The notes beneath the pieces were generated by a model, which was given only the letters and a program-made list of their open reading frames with translations, made no database searches and was not told the origin of the DNA. DNA of 64,000 bases from Octopus vulgaris (taxonomy: Eukaryota). This document shows, piece after piece, positions 12,335 to 24,318 of this stretch. The stretch spans positions 95,728,001-95,792,000 of the forward strand of contig OX597818.1 of the NCBI GenBank assembly GCA_951406725.2, read 5' to 3'. The first letter of the stretch is position 1. Each line of letters opens with the position of its first letter. Made by a program: the position numbers and the translations under genes.

Positions 12335-12770
12335 TAATGAAATTTTCTACAGATACCTTTTAAATGGTGCAGATTACCATAATTTTGAAATTTGATGTGG
12401 AAAAAAAATTTGCAGGCGCAAACGTATACATGCTGACACATCACTTATTTACAAAATGAAACTTGAAATTTCGAAAGAAGTTATATGATTTGTGTCAACA
12501 TGTATATGTGCGCGCTCACCGTTCTTTTTTTTTAAATGTAGGATTCCGATATAATCGTAATCTACACCATCTGAGAGGTATTTATAGAAATTTTCATTAA
12601 AAAATATCGTATCAATTATCCGAAACTCCTCCCCGCTCCCGAAAATATTTTCACAATGAATTCCGATATAGCTGTGATGTACACCATGTGAAAGGTACTT
12701 GCAGAAATTTTCATTGAAAAATATTCATTTGCTGAATTTTTATTGAAGAATATTCATTTTTCTGAACAAA
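12335..12770. mobile_element. Decayed palindromic DNA-transposon remnant with subterminal repeats
   Basis: Motif CACCAT.TGA.AGGTA.TT..AGAAATTTTCATT occurs twice direct (about 12565, 12680) and once inverted (about 12337-12370); internal inverted pair TGCTGACACA / TGTGTCAACA. Confidence 0.5.
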
Positions 12771-13791
12771 ATCGGTAGGGATAATTGTGTGGACACACCC
12801 TTAATACGTCACTGTTTAACTTTTGACGAGGATTCAGTGTCTGAAAATTAAGCAAACCTTCAATCGTATACTGTGCTAAACGCCAGAAACTGGCTATTTT
12901 CAGTAATCCACGCATTCATTCATCTTCTTAACATTAATTGCTAACAAAATAACCTTCTTCTTAGCTTCACGTCCTTAACAAATCTAATGAAGCTAATTTG
13001 CTACTGTTCTTGGGCGAATTTCTAGTTTATCTGCTGGTGCTGAAGTCTTTAAATGAGATTTGCTTCCAACAGATATTTGAAAACTTAGATCGACCCGTTC
13101 ACAATTGAATAGATGTTGCGCTAAACTGGACTATTCTGTTGACAGCAGAGAAAGGTATTTGTATCAGTTCACTTTCAGATTAACTAACAATCCGTTCACT
13201 TTGAAACTCAGAAACTTTTGTAATGTTGTATCCTAGGTATCTTGCTGAATAGGTAAATATCAACCTAAACAATAGGAAACGTATATTACTCATAATATCA
13301 ATAAATAATAATAGATGGAGGCATACATTTTATCATAAAACTATGGGTGTCTGTTTCTTACATATTTCTGTAGTCATACATAGATAAATTTCTCTTCTTT
13401 TGTGGAATGGGAACTTCAGTTTTTAGTGTCTTTACACTTTCACTTGTGATTAAGATCGGAGATTAACCATTAAACAAAATAAACTCGTGCTTAGGGTATT
13501 TTTTCCAGTATAAATCGTAAATTATAAATAATAATAATAAGGTTGAAAATGCTCTTTCCCCCCCTAGCTATGTAAATTAATTTATATTGTTTACTGTTAT
13601 TTAGAGTAAAAGAAATACAATAAAAACACAAAAGAAAACCAGATATATTTTTAATAAGGTTGTGGAGTTTGACTTAATTGTAAATCTGAAAGCAAAAGAA
13701 TTTTTAACCAATTATTCCATTTTCATCATTCATTGTACTTTGCTGTACTACAGAAAAGTAGAAGGGGTACCATTGTTGAGCTGTGTTAGAG

Positions 13792-14069
13792 TAGTGGTTC
13801 CAAACTTTTTCAGGCTTGGTTCTGAGGCCACATTGCTAGTGCCCCTCCCTCCACTCACCATCACAGACATAGACCATTTTCTCTAGCAAATTCAAAACAG
13901 CAGTCCTTCACAAATAAAACTTAACCTAATCAACCCTTTATTTTGTTTGGGGTTTTTTTTTGCATCCACTGTCCCGTTTTGGTCACCCCATTATCGCCCC
14001 TTTTTTCTTTCGATCTTTCCACCCCACCCCCAGGGGCGGGAGCAGTACCGCCCACTTTGGGAACCATTG
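13792..14069. mobile_element. hAT-like MITE, decayed
   Basis: Ends TAGTGGTTCCAAAC / CTTTGGGAACCATTG resemble CAGTGGTTCCCAAAC TIRs; no recognisable TSD. Confidence 0.6.
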
Positions 14070-14839
14070 GCATTCATCTGGCCCTTCTTATGACTTCAAG
14101 TCTATGAAAGAAATAATCTCTTACAAATGTTGAATTGAAACGCTGTGTCCTCTTTATTTGCACGTTAAGGCTACAGGCATTGTTTTCACTTTGGTTCTAT
14201 TGTAAAATTTTTTGTTTTTCCTCAGTGGGCGCCCCTTTGGGAACAGATTTCACTACTGTTTTTGTTTTTAGCTAAGATTTCTTTATCGGCTATGTTGTTA
14301 TGAAGATTTTCTCTAGAACGTTTCTTAAGACTTTGATGTATGTCACGTGTTCTTGTTTCGCTTTAATATTTATGTTGTGATTTTAGTTTTGATCACGTCA
14401 TTTTGATTGTCTCGATTGCTGTTTTATATGCCTGCAGTGCGACTGCGCAGAGTTCTGTTCTGTTTGCAGACGACATGTTCAGCGTTGATTTTAGTTAGTC
14501 TAGAATGTCGCAACTCGCTGCATAAAATGTTATTGCGTTTTGCTTACAATTTAGCAATCTTTCTGTTTAGCAACACTCACTACTACACTAGCTCACTCTT
14601 CGACGAAAAGTTCTGAAACGTTTTTTACACTGCTGTTCGTCGACGCAGGCGATCGGTATCTTCCGCGTATTCTGCTTTTCATTGTAAAGAAGTTCTTTTG
14701 TATACGATCGTCTTTCATTTTTAACAGTCTCCAGCAAATCTAAAATAATATATTGGTTCTTTTTAAACCAATTTCATTTGCTACTTGTTCTTATCAATTT
14801 ATTATCATAATTTTTCTGAAATCATATAAAAGAATTCAA

Positions 14840-15150
14840 GGTACTACTTAAGAAGAGTGGTCTCGGTGCGCGCACTCGCGTACTCGTGCTTCCGCGCTAG
14901 CCAGTCGTGACTAATCGATCCTACAACGACTACCTAACAAAGTAAATAAAACACAAAATAAATAATTTTTTTTACACAAAGTAAATAATATTTTTTAAAA
15001 CAAAGTAAATAAAACACAAAAACACAAAGTAAATAATTTTTTTAAACAAAGTAAATAAAACACGAAAACACAGTAGGGATCGACTTGTCACGACTAGCTA
15101 GCGCGGATGCACGAGTGCGCGCACCGGGACCACTCTTCTTAAATAGTACC
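14840..15150. mobile_element. Merlin-type (or MULE) MITE with 9-bp TSD
   Basis: CpG-rich TIRs of about 80 bp (GGTACTACTTAAGAAGAGTGGTC... / ...GACCACTCTTCTTAAATAGTACC), perfect TSD AGAATTCAA at 14831-14839 and 15151-15159, internal CAAAGTAAATAA minisatellite. Confidence 0.85.
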
Positions 15151-15199
15151 AGAATTCAACTCATAGTACTTGCTGAATATTGTCCTTATTGTCCAAAAT

Positions 15200-16250
15200 T
15201 CTGATCTACATAATAATGTCAGCCGGCAAATCCTAAGCTTTGTCAAGGTAGATATTACCAGGCTCCCATACGTTTGTTCACAATCTCTCAAACGCTGAGC
15301 TAGATTTTGATAAACGGCTGTTAGATTTTCTGTTAATTTAGAATTATGGTATCGTAGTAAGCTAATTCATCTACAACGAGTAGATATGTAAACGAATATA
15401 TGTAAATCCACTAGGGTGTAGGTTTACATATATTTACGTAGCTGAAAACGTCCGTTCTCAATGTATTGACGAGATGGGTGTTGATATGTGTTATGTATGT
15501 TAAATTTCAAAATCCTGACACGCCGCAAAAATGTAAAAGAGACCCTGTTCAAAGCGAATATCATATGTTTCAGAGCTAGCTACTAAAGCACAGACGTCGG
15601 CGACAGTGGCGTTACATGGGTTTTGACCGTATATAAGGTGACCACTCCGTGCAGTCCGTACAACCTGTACTCCCCACGCTACTCCACTGATTGCCGAAAA
15701 GATCTCGAATTTAAGGATCTCTAAAGTTTCTGTTTAGTTCTATATTTGATATGTATTCCACAATCGAGAATGTATCAACAAATACTGAGCTGAGTAGAAT
15801 ATTAGACAGATTAGGGGCTTACAAGGCGATCCTTCAGTATTGGTCTCCATAGTGTCGGTATAAGGAGACGATGTCATTCACCAGCTTTTTCAGCCTAGCC
15901 TCTTTATGTCACGGGGAAAGATTGTGTGGGTGAATGACGTCTACTAACCCTGAACGATTGCTCTTTAAAATAGAGCCTTGTTTAACACCATTAAAGGTTG
16001 CTGATAGCTCTTCATTATCTGTATAGGTCGTTTTGCCATTCTATCATTTTTATCCAGAGACCTCAGTTGTCAAGATAAATACTCTTTTTGTCAGATCTAT
16101 AAAAATGATGTACAAATTAATTTTGCTCACAACATCTTGGCGGGGAAAGCAAACATCTATTCTGCAGCCGTTTCTTTAGGAAAATGGTATGAGTAGTGTT
16201 TTTTTTCTGACTCAAAACCAAACTGCATTTAATCTAGATTAATTCTGTTC
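15200..16250 (-). mobile_element. RTE-clade LINE reverse transcriptase relic
   Basis: Minus-strand remnants YIIFIDLTK (about 16090) and NSRLSKSSSAFERL (about 15300), with many stops. A small CAGTGGCG...CCACTG MITE is inserted at 15604-15689. Confidence 0.65.
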
Positions 16251-16285
16251 CTAATCAGTTGTGCTATAACATTTTTTGTAACTTT

Positions 16286-16505
16286 TATGATCTGACCTGG
16301 CTGTTTAATAACTTTGTAGTTTCCTCTTGCTAGTACATCTCTTTTGCTTTTGTAGCAGTTGATGATAATACTGTTATATTAGCCATTAGATATGATATGA
16401 TCTGACCTGGCTGTTTAATAACTTTGTAGTTTCCTCTTGCTAGTACATCTCTTTTGCTTTTGTAGCAGTTGATGATAATACTGTTATATTAGCCATTAGA
16501 TATGA
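16286..16505. repeat. Perfect 110-bp tandem duplication
   Basis: 16286-16395 is identical to 16396-16505; each unit starts and ends with TATGA. Confidence 0.95.
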
Positions 16506-17350
16506 TGCCTGATTTACCATGTGGATGATTAGTTCATGTCCCATCCTACAGATATTTTAGGAATCTCAGTGGTAATTTCTGATTCACTGAGTGAATTTCA
16601 TGTCTTCATAATTTTCAGTCATCTCGACTAGCTGGTCCTTTTGTTGGGTCTACTTTGGGAGCAAATCTTACTTCCATGCATTCTCCTCATTTACAGCTTC
16701 TAATTATAGCACTTCCATGCCTCTTTCTTTTTAATGTCTGTAAGACTATGAACGTTATCCTGTTGTACACACTTCTCCCCAACAATGTCTTGATTTTCTC
16801 CCAAATATACATTGCAATCAGTAAAACTTCACACTTTTTGCCCATGGCTTCTCTCCATGCTTAATGTACCTGATAATTGGCTTCTTTTCTTCTCAACTTG
16901 ATAATGCTCTTTGCTACTCCATTTTCTTTCATTGTCTTTCTAGAGTTGTCTCTATCTATGGAAGTATTTCACTTCCATGTTACAATCATTTTGGTTGGGA
17001 TATTGCACCAGCCACAGATTTAGTCTGTTGTCCTCAGTAGATTGTCCCATAGATTCTCCTAGTTGTCCTTTATAATTTTCTATCCCCTCCTCTATCTTGT
17101 CATATGTACCAATATACCCCTAAACTTATTGCTGGTTGTTATCTCATTTAGCCCATGTATCCTCTGTCTCTAGATTGTCTTCTGCTTCTGGGCCTGGCTA
17201 ACTCTTACTCTCAAGTTGCAAAACATGAGTCTATGTTGGGATATACCTTTTTCACCAGAGAAAGACTTAGTGTTCATAACCAACTATCTTTCCTGGGGAA
17301 TATAAAGTCTGTCAGGTATCTATGTTCACTTGATTGGCTAATGAACACCT
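16290..17350 (-). mobile_element. Second RTE-type LINE relic
   Basis: Minus-strand SIIINCYKSKRDVLARGNYKVIK resembles RT domain 1 (YK.KGD....NYRGI). Confidence 0.55.
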
Positions 17351-17487
17351 GATGACCACATCAAGTAACCAACCAAATTGGCAGGCTGGTTTTTGTATAT
17401 GGTAGGTCATTTGCATCAAACTGTCCAATCCATTCCAGTATGGTAAATGGATCTAACATTATATATATATATATATATATATATATA

Positions 17488-17905
17488 GGTGCAGGCATGG
17501 CAGTGTAGTAAGAAGCTTGCTTCCTAACCACATGGTTCCAGGTTCAGTTCCATTGCATGGCACCTTGGGCAAGCCATGGTCTTCTGACTTATTGGATCCT
17601 GTCAAACTGTCCAATCCATTCCAGTATGGTAAATGGATCTAACATTATATATATATATATATATATATACATAGGTATGTATGCATGTATGTATGTACGT
17701 ATCTTTGTGTTTGCCCCCACCTCACTGCTTGACAACTGATGTTGGTGCATTTACATCCCCGTAACTTAGCAGTTCAGCAAAAGGCTGATAGAATAAGTAC
17801 TAGGCTTTAAAAAAAGTCCTGGGGTTGATTTGTTCAACTAAAACCCTTCCAGGCGGTGCTCCAGCGTGGTCACAGTTAAATGACTGAAACAAGTAAAAGA
17901 ATAAA
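17488..17905 (+). mobile_element. tRNA-headed SINE, abundant family (GGTGCAGGCATGGC.GTGTGGTAAGAAG head)
   Basis: Related copies at about 2560-2730(-), 22400-22780(-), 40890-41060(+), 48168-48575(+), 51395-51620(+), 52870-53268(-), 58149-58290(-). Confidence 0.75.
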
Positions 17906-18080
17906 AGAATATATAAATATATATAATTATAAATAAGGGCAAAAGAAAAAAATTGTCTTTGCCAATATACTGAAAAATAGATGCTAAAGCGTCTAACCAC
18001 ATAAAATATTTTCACTATATTATTACACCAGTATGGTAAATGGATTTAAAATTATATAAATATATATATGTATGTATATT

Positions 18081-18381
18081 TATGGGTAGAGAACATCACA
18101 AACAGTAAACAACATGAAATACGAAAACAAATCAGTTGAATACGCAAACAACGAGAGAAACAAATGGAAAACAGAACAAGTAACATAAAGAACAACCCTA
18201 CATCAGTTGTTGGCTGCCTAATGCTCGAAATGAGGAGTGGATAAACAGCCTACAACTGATGAAGGATCATTCTTTATGTTACTTGTCCCGTTTTCCATTT
18301 GTTTCTCTCGTTGTGTGCATATTCGACTCATTTGTTTTCATATTTCATATTGTTTACTGTTTGTGATGTACTCTACCCATA
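18081..18381. repeat. Fold-back element (arms about 136 bp, loop about 30 nt) in a (TA)n context
   Basis: 18081-18216 is the reverse complement of 18246-18381 with scattered substitutions. Confidence 0.9.
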
Positions 18382-18449
18382 TATGCATATATATATATAT
18401 TATTTATATTATTATTTAATTAAACGCCACGCATCCATTTCCAAGTATG

Positions 18450-18501
<52 letters not shown>

Positions 18502-18562
18502 ATCCAAACAAGAAAATACAGAAAAAAACACAGCAACGCGAGGACGTGGAACAATTAAAGTA

Positions 18563-18631
18563 TTATTTGACGCTCAGGAAAGAAGGGAAGGAGGGTTTAA
18601 CGTTTCGAGTGGAGCTCTTCGTCGGAAACAA
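18563..18631 (-). ncRNA. Type I hammerhead ribozyme motif (Penelope pLTR type)
   Basis: Minus strand UUGUUU-CCGACGA-A-GAG-CUCCA-CUC-GAA-ACGUU-[pyrimidine-rich loop]-AGCGU-C-AAAUAA. Stem I 6 bp, stem II 3 bp, stem III 5 bp, GUC triplet. Core has U4C and one extra A. Confidence 0.7.
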
Positions 18632-19094
18632 GGAGAAGGAAAGATCCCAAGAAGGGAAGACAGAGGAAAAAAAATATTTTTGCTGGTGGTGCTCAAGAGA
18701 TCACATATATATAATTTCTTTACTGCCCACAATGGGCTAAACATAGAGGGGACAAACAAGGACAGACAAAGGGATTAAGGCTAAATCTAAGTCTAGAGGG
18801 TTCATAAATCTCAGTTATGTCATCGATTCCTATTCTTTCATTATTTACTTAGCTTCAGGATTAATAGATTTGAGAACATCTTTGTTTATTATTTTGTGTT
18901 TTTTGGTATTTAGAAAAGTATGAAGAATCAACATTAGAAATCTTTTTGGAAACCACTCCAATTAAAGGACAAATCCACATTCAACCTGTTACACACGGAT
19001 ATGTGTGCATATGTATGTATGCGTATATATATATGTGCATATGTATATATAAGTGTTATAATATCCTAACATATATTATTATTACTATTATTAA

Positions 19095-19735
19095 AAACCG
19101 TGTGAACAGCCATGCTACATGGCAATGAAACATGGGCCGTGACTGTTAAGGACATCTGCTGGATGTGTAATGTCAGTGTGCATACACGACAGAGTGTAAG
19201 CGCCCTGAGAGAAAAGTTGGATTTAAGAAGCATCAGATGTGGTGTGCAAGAGAGACGACTGCGCTGGTATGGTTATGTGTTGCAAATGAATGAGGACAGC
19301 TCATGCCAGCGGAACATTAAAAGCATATTTGAGCATGATCATTGCCAGGGCCATGGATTGGCTCCCATGCCGGTGACATGGGAAAAGCACCATTAGAGTG
19401 TGATCATTACCAGCATTGTCTTACTGGCACATGAAAAATAACATTCGAGTGAGGTTGTTGCCAGCGCCGCCAGACTGGCTCCCATGCAGGTAGCTCGTAA
19501 AAACACCTTTTGAGCGTGGTCGTTGCCAGAACTGCCTGACTGGCCCTCATGATGGTGGCACGTAAAAAGCATCCACTACACTCTCGGAGTGGTTAGCGTT
19601 AGGGAGGGCATCCAGCTGTAGAAACTTTGCCAGATCAGATTGAGCCTGGTGCAGCCTCTGGCTCACCAGTCCTCAGTCAAACCGTCCAACCCATACCAGC
19701 ATGGAAAGTGGACGTTAAATGATGATGATGATGAT
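19095..19735 (+). mobile_element. RTE LINE C-terminal fragment joined to a (GAT)n-tailed SINE-like repeat
   Basis: MLHGNETWAV...LREKLDLRSIRCGVQERRLRWYGYV is an RTE ORF C-terminus. The tail AACCCAT.CCAGCATGGAAAG.GGACGTTAAA.(GAT)n recurs at about 25762-26022(+), 28378-28540(-), 37168-37550(-), 42407-42600(-), 44350-44640(+), 50370-50640(+). Confidence 0.8.
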
Positions 19736-19762
19736 TAATAGGAACCAGATTTCTAACAGAAA

Positions 19763-20165
19763 ATGGAGAAGATTGGAATTGATACATCTCTAAAAGATAT
19801 ACCATTACATACTCGTAAGGAGTACATTAAGGATATCATTGTTAAATTCCATGAATTAACAAGAAGAATGAGATGGAAGGCTCTACTCCACGATAAAGAA
19901 CAGAGTAAGGAAGAGAATTTATGCAATGATACCAATGAAGAACTAAGCAAAATCAGAAGAAATTTTAAATACAAAAAAGTCCCAATGGAAACTACTTAAA
20001 AATATCGAGTTTAAGAAAAACATTCTCAAGAATAAACCCTTATTTAAATTAAAGTACAAAGTTAAGGAGCTTAGAAAATTGAATGGAATCCTTGTACAGG
20101 ATGATAAAACTGGAAATTTATGCAATGTAGGTATAATTTATACCACAAACTGTTACATAAAGAAA
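19763..20165 (+). mobile_element. Penelope-like element (Naiad-like) N-terminal ORF relic
   Basis: SLKDIPLHTRKEY...RRMRWKA, then after a frame break KNIEFKK...ILVQDDKTGNL (DKG/DKT motif upstream of PLE RT). Confidence 0.75.
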
Positions 20166-20169
20166 TACT

Positions 20170-20201
<32 letters not shown>

Positions 20202-20582
20202 TAAGCGTAGCAGTGTGATAAGAAGTTTGCTTCCCAAACACATGGTTCCAGTTCAGTTTTGTATCATGCCAACACATAAGGTCCAGTTTATGGTTTCCAT
20301 GGTGTATGAATTCCCTACCTGGATGGGATGCTGATCTTGTCGCAAGGTTACTCACTTTTGCCAGCTGGAACAATGTGAAATGAAGTGTTTTGCTCAAGAA
20401 CACAATGTGTCTCTCAGCCTAGGAATCAAAGCCTCAACCTTACTATCCTAAGTCCAACACCCTAACCACTAAGCTATGTGCCTCCACAGGGGTTGCCTTG
20501 TAACTTGTAAGACTGATAGGGAAAATGGAAGGGAGGATGATGACATAAGCTAAGCTTAAATCAGGATGTTAAGATGAGTCAA

Positions 20583-20784
20583 CCTTTTAGCACTCAGATT
20601 ATTCTGTCAAATGTAATGCTTATTAACTCATATTGTTTTGAATTAAACATGCATTATCATGTAGCTTCAAGATTCCAATGAAGTGATTGTTTATTTTAAA
20701 GAATGACATGGTAGGTTTGTTGTGAGAGGCTGGATCTGGCCAATTTGAACATGGCCAGATATAGCAGGTTTAAATACTAAAGGG
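20583..20784. mobile_element. piggyBac-type MITE
   Basis: CCTTTTAGCA...CTAAAGGG|TTAA ends; same family at 27704-27919 and about 42174-42364. Confidence 0.7.
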
Positions 20785-21376
20785 TTAAAGTATGACGGGA
20801 AGAAAAGATTTATTGTCATCAGAGGGTGGTAAAAGAGGGGTAATAGAAGAGACAGTACTTGGTGGGGCGTAATGGAAGAGAAAGAATAGTGTGTGTGTGA
20901 GAGAGATGGACAGACTGATAGGCGGACAGTGAATGATAAAGGTGAGCGTGATGAGATGAGTAGGGAACAATCTATTGTTATTCCACATTATATGGGTGAA
21001 ATCGAGCAAGTGTTGGAGGAAGCAGTGTGCAATAGAGAGAGAAAAGTAAGAGGATGTTGAGGATGCAGCGAGGCTGTAGGGGAGGGGATCAGTGAAAGAG
21101 AAAGAACAAGATTATAGAGGCAGGAGGAGAGATAGATGAGCGTCAAGATGGCAAAGAAGCCATGGGAACGGAAGGCCACAGAGTGTCATAGAGGCAACAA
21201 GGACAGAGGGTGAATGTAATGAAAACACCCAGTCACCATCATTACTTTTGTTTCCATGTTCTTTTTGTCATGCTTATGTATGCACACACACGCGTATATG
21301 TTTAGACATACACATATGTATGTATATTTAGATGTAAATAATCTTTCTGCCTTTCTTCTCTGACAACTCACTGTAG

Positions 21377-21577
21377 TTTATATGAGCAACACTAGTAATG
21401 GAATTGTGAAGCGAGGCAAGTTTACTCGGGATACTTGTGCCAAAGCCTGTGATTCAGAAACGACAATCAAATGCAAATTTTTCAACTTTGACAAGCAAAC
21501 AGGGAAGTGTTATCTGTCCTCCACCATTCACCTTAATATGCAAGTTTCAACCAGATCAAGAGAAAAAAGTGCAGGAG
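21377..21577 (+). CDS. PAN/Apple plus coiled-coil protein, PAN-domain exon
   Basis: Acceptor CTGTAG|, donor GAG|GTAAAT, phase 1-1. TCAKACDSETTIKCKFFNFDKQTGKCYLS fits the PAN pattern C-x3-C-x7-C-x2-F-x-F-x6-C-x-L. Confidence 0.8.
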
Positions 21578-24184
21578 GTAAATATGACCTAATATTTTTC
21601 TGTATTTTCAATTGATGCTAGGATGATGGCTTACTTTGAAAGAATTCATGCATGCACACACACATGCATGAATGCACATGCATGCATGTCTGTGTGGTTA
21701 AAAAGTTTGCATCCAAGCCATGTGATTTTAGGTTAAGTCTCACATCATGGAACCTTGGGCAAGTATTTTCTACTATAGCTCCAGGCTGACCTCACTTCTA
21801 AATAATGCATACATAAACACACATACATTTAAATACATAAACGCACTAATGTTTTTGTTGTTGATATTGTAGCTGTTTAATCCAATTTGGCTCTGATAGG
21901 AAAGACCTATAATGAAGGGCATTCTAACCCTGGGAGTCTATCTGTTTTGTTTTATTTCTGGCATATTGTATCCTGAACTATATTATCTGATGTGTCCTAT
22001 TTTTCTAAGACAGTAAAGTGTGATTTGAGAGAAATGTGGCTACTATTTCTAGAAGGTCCTGTAAGTAGATGGAAGCTCTCTCTTGTTAGCTTGTTGATTT
22101 TGTAATCATTATTATTGGTGTTGGTTTAATGGCGTTGCCTTAATGTTTGAAGTCCTGTTTAACTATTATATATCCACTTCATCGGAAATCTGCAATGGTT
22201 CCATAACTACCGTCTTAGCTATAACCTTGCAACTCCAGTAATCCATTACAGCACTTACCTAGTGTACCTAATCATTTAGATCATCTGCATACTAAACCCC
22301 CATACTTTGTATATATATGTATTGTACATTTGACATATGAAGTGTTGTCAGGTTACCTCAGCAAGGTGGAAAATGTAATTGGTGGACTGTTACTCTTTAC
22401 TCTTTTACTCTTTTACTTGTTTCAGTCATTTGACTGTGGTCATACTGGAGTACCGCCTTTAGTCGAACAAATCAGCCCCAAAACTTATTCTTTGTAAGCC
22501 TAGTACTATTGGTCTCTTTTGCCAAACTGTTAAGTTACAGGGATGTAAACACACCAACACTGGTTGTCAAGCAATGGTGTGGGGACAAACACACACACAC
22601 ACACACACATACATATATATGACAGGCTTCTTTCAGTTTCCTTCTACCAAATCCACACACAAGGCTTTGGTTGGCCCGAGGCTATAGTAGAAGACACTTT
22701 CCCAAGGTGCCACACAGTGGGACTGAACCCGGAACCATGTGGCTGGTATGTGAGCTACTTACCACACAGCTACTCCTGTACAGAACCTGAGTTCTGTACA
22801 GGATTAATGTAATGTATGAGAAATTCTATGAGTATTGATGAGATATTCACCACTTTGTCCAATGTATTTCAAGGCCTTTCTCCACTTCATACACTCAACA
22901 CTTTATACACTGACAGCCTCTATACATATTACATGCCTGTGCCAGCACAGTATTCTTTCTTTTATGTTACACCTGGCTGTATATATAATGCATGTATATG
23001 AATGCCATTTTCATCATTGCCGTTTCTTTTGGACCGAGACATGGAAGAACTGTGTTGACATATGTTGACAACCACAGAAGTGATGTCCAGCAATGTGACA
23101 TTGTCTACATGTGCCAACACACTGTCCAGAAGTGGGGATAGATGGCATCATTCTGAAAGAATTTGAGGCTGTAGTAATAGCAGGGGTTAACCTGGACATA
23201 TTGGTGGGCTTTCGGCTCAGCACCCAGAGAAGCAAATCCATGCTGTTACACAATGTCATGCAATAGAGGACCAACAAATCACTTAAACAGTTTAGTCTCA
23301 CCTAGAAATGGGCTGAGAGGAAGCTATTCTTGAAAAGTCAGGCAGTGGTGGTGAACACTTATATTGTTTTCATAATATTCTGCCTGGCTGTCATGTCTCG
23401 TCTTGATTTTTTTATGACTGGATGCTTTCCACTAGTCAAGCAGTTTGGAAGTTCTATGTTAACAATGTATAGAGAACTAGTAGTGAAGAAGAGCAACAGT
23501 ATTCTTGAGGAAGTTCTGAGCAAGAACATGGTAGAAAACAAAAAGAAATCTTTATTGTTCATATTAGTATTGTAATATCAGACTTGTGTTATTCAATTAC
23601 CTCTTACTTTTGTTAAATTTTAAGGTCTGCCTCTACGAATTTCTTCTTTCCAATTGAATACATTGCAAGTAAAAAATATCTGCAGTTTTAATAAATTTTT
23701 TCTCAACATGTAAATTAACAAAAAACAAAGTAACAAAAATATTTGCTAACAAAATGATGATTGAACTGTAAGTTTTATTGTTGGGTCTGTTTATGATGAT
23801 GATGATGTTTAGCACCAGGTAAACTTTAGACTGTAATCAAAAGTATTCTTCTAGTGACCACCCTGTCTTTTTAGAGGAATACAGGACTACATTATTTAGT
23901 GTGTCTTTTCCTATTTAAGATGGTAGAAGAGAGTTGGTTGTCATTTCTAGCAGATTCAGCGACCGCATAAAGGCCTTTCTTGTTGACTTGTTTCTAATGA
24001 TAATAATTATGATGAATATGGTGCTTATTATAACAATGAGGTTGAAGGTGATAATGGAAACAATGTTGATGATGGCAATAATGTTGAATATGAAAATAAT
24101 GTTGATAATGATGATAATAACGTTTGGGGGTAATGTTTTATGTTGCATTGCATTTAATCCATGTTTTTGTTTGGCCTTTATTAG

Positions 24185-24318
24185 CTGCCATAGATGTTAC
24201 TAGCGAAACTAAAGACTACAATAAGTTGTACAAAGGAATGAGTGAGAGCACCCAGCGTAAACTTGAAGCTCTGCAGAGTAAAGTCAATCAGCTGAGAGAA
24301 GACATTGAAGATTTTGAT
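24185..24318 (+). CDS. PAN/coiled-coil protein, exon
   Basis: Acceptor TTATTAG| (alternative in-frame CATAG| 9 nt downstream), donor GAT|GTAAGA, phase 1-0. AIDVTSETKDYNKLYKGMSESTQRKLEALQSKVNQLREDIEDFD. Confidence 0.8.

Noticed and set aside
19300-19580. Regularly spaced GGCAC.TAAAAAGCAC-like motifs resembling a CRISPR array
   Set aside because: The intervening sequences are homologous to each other, the array is internal to a dispersed eukaryotic repeat, and no cas genes are present.
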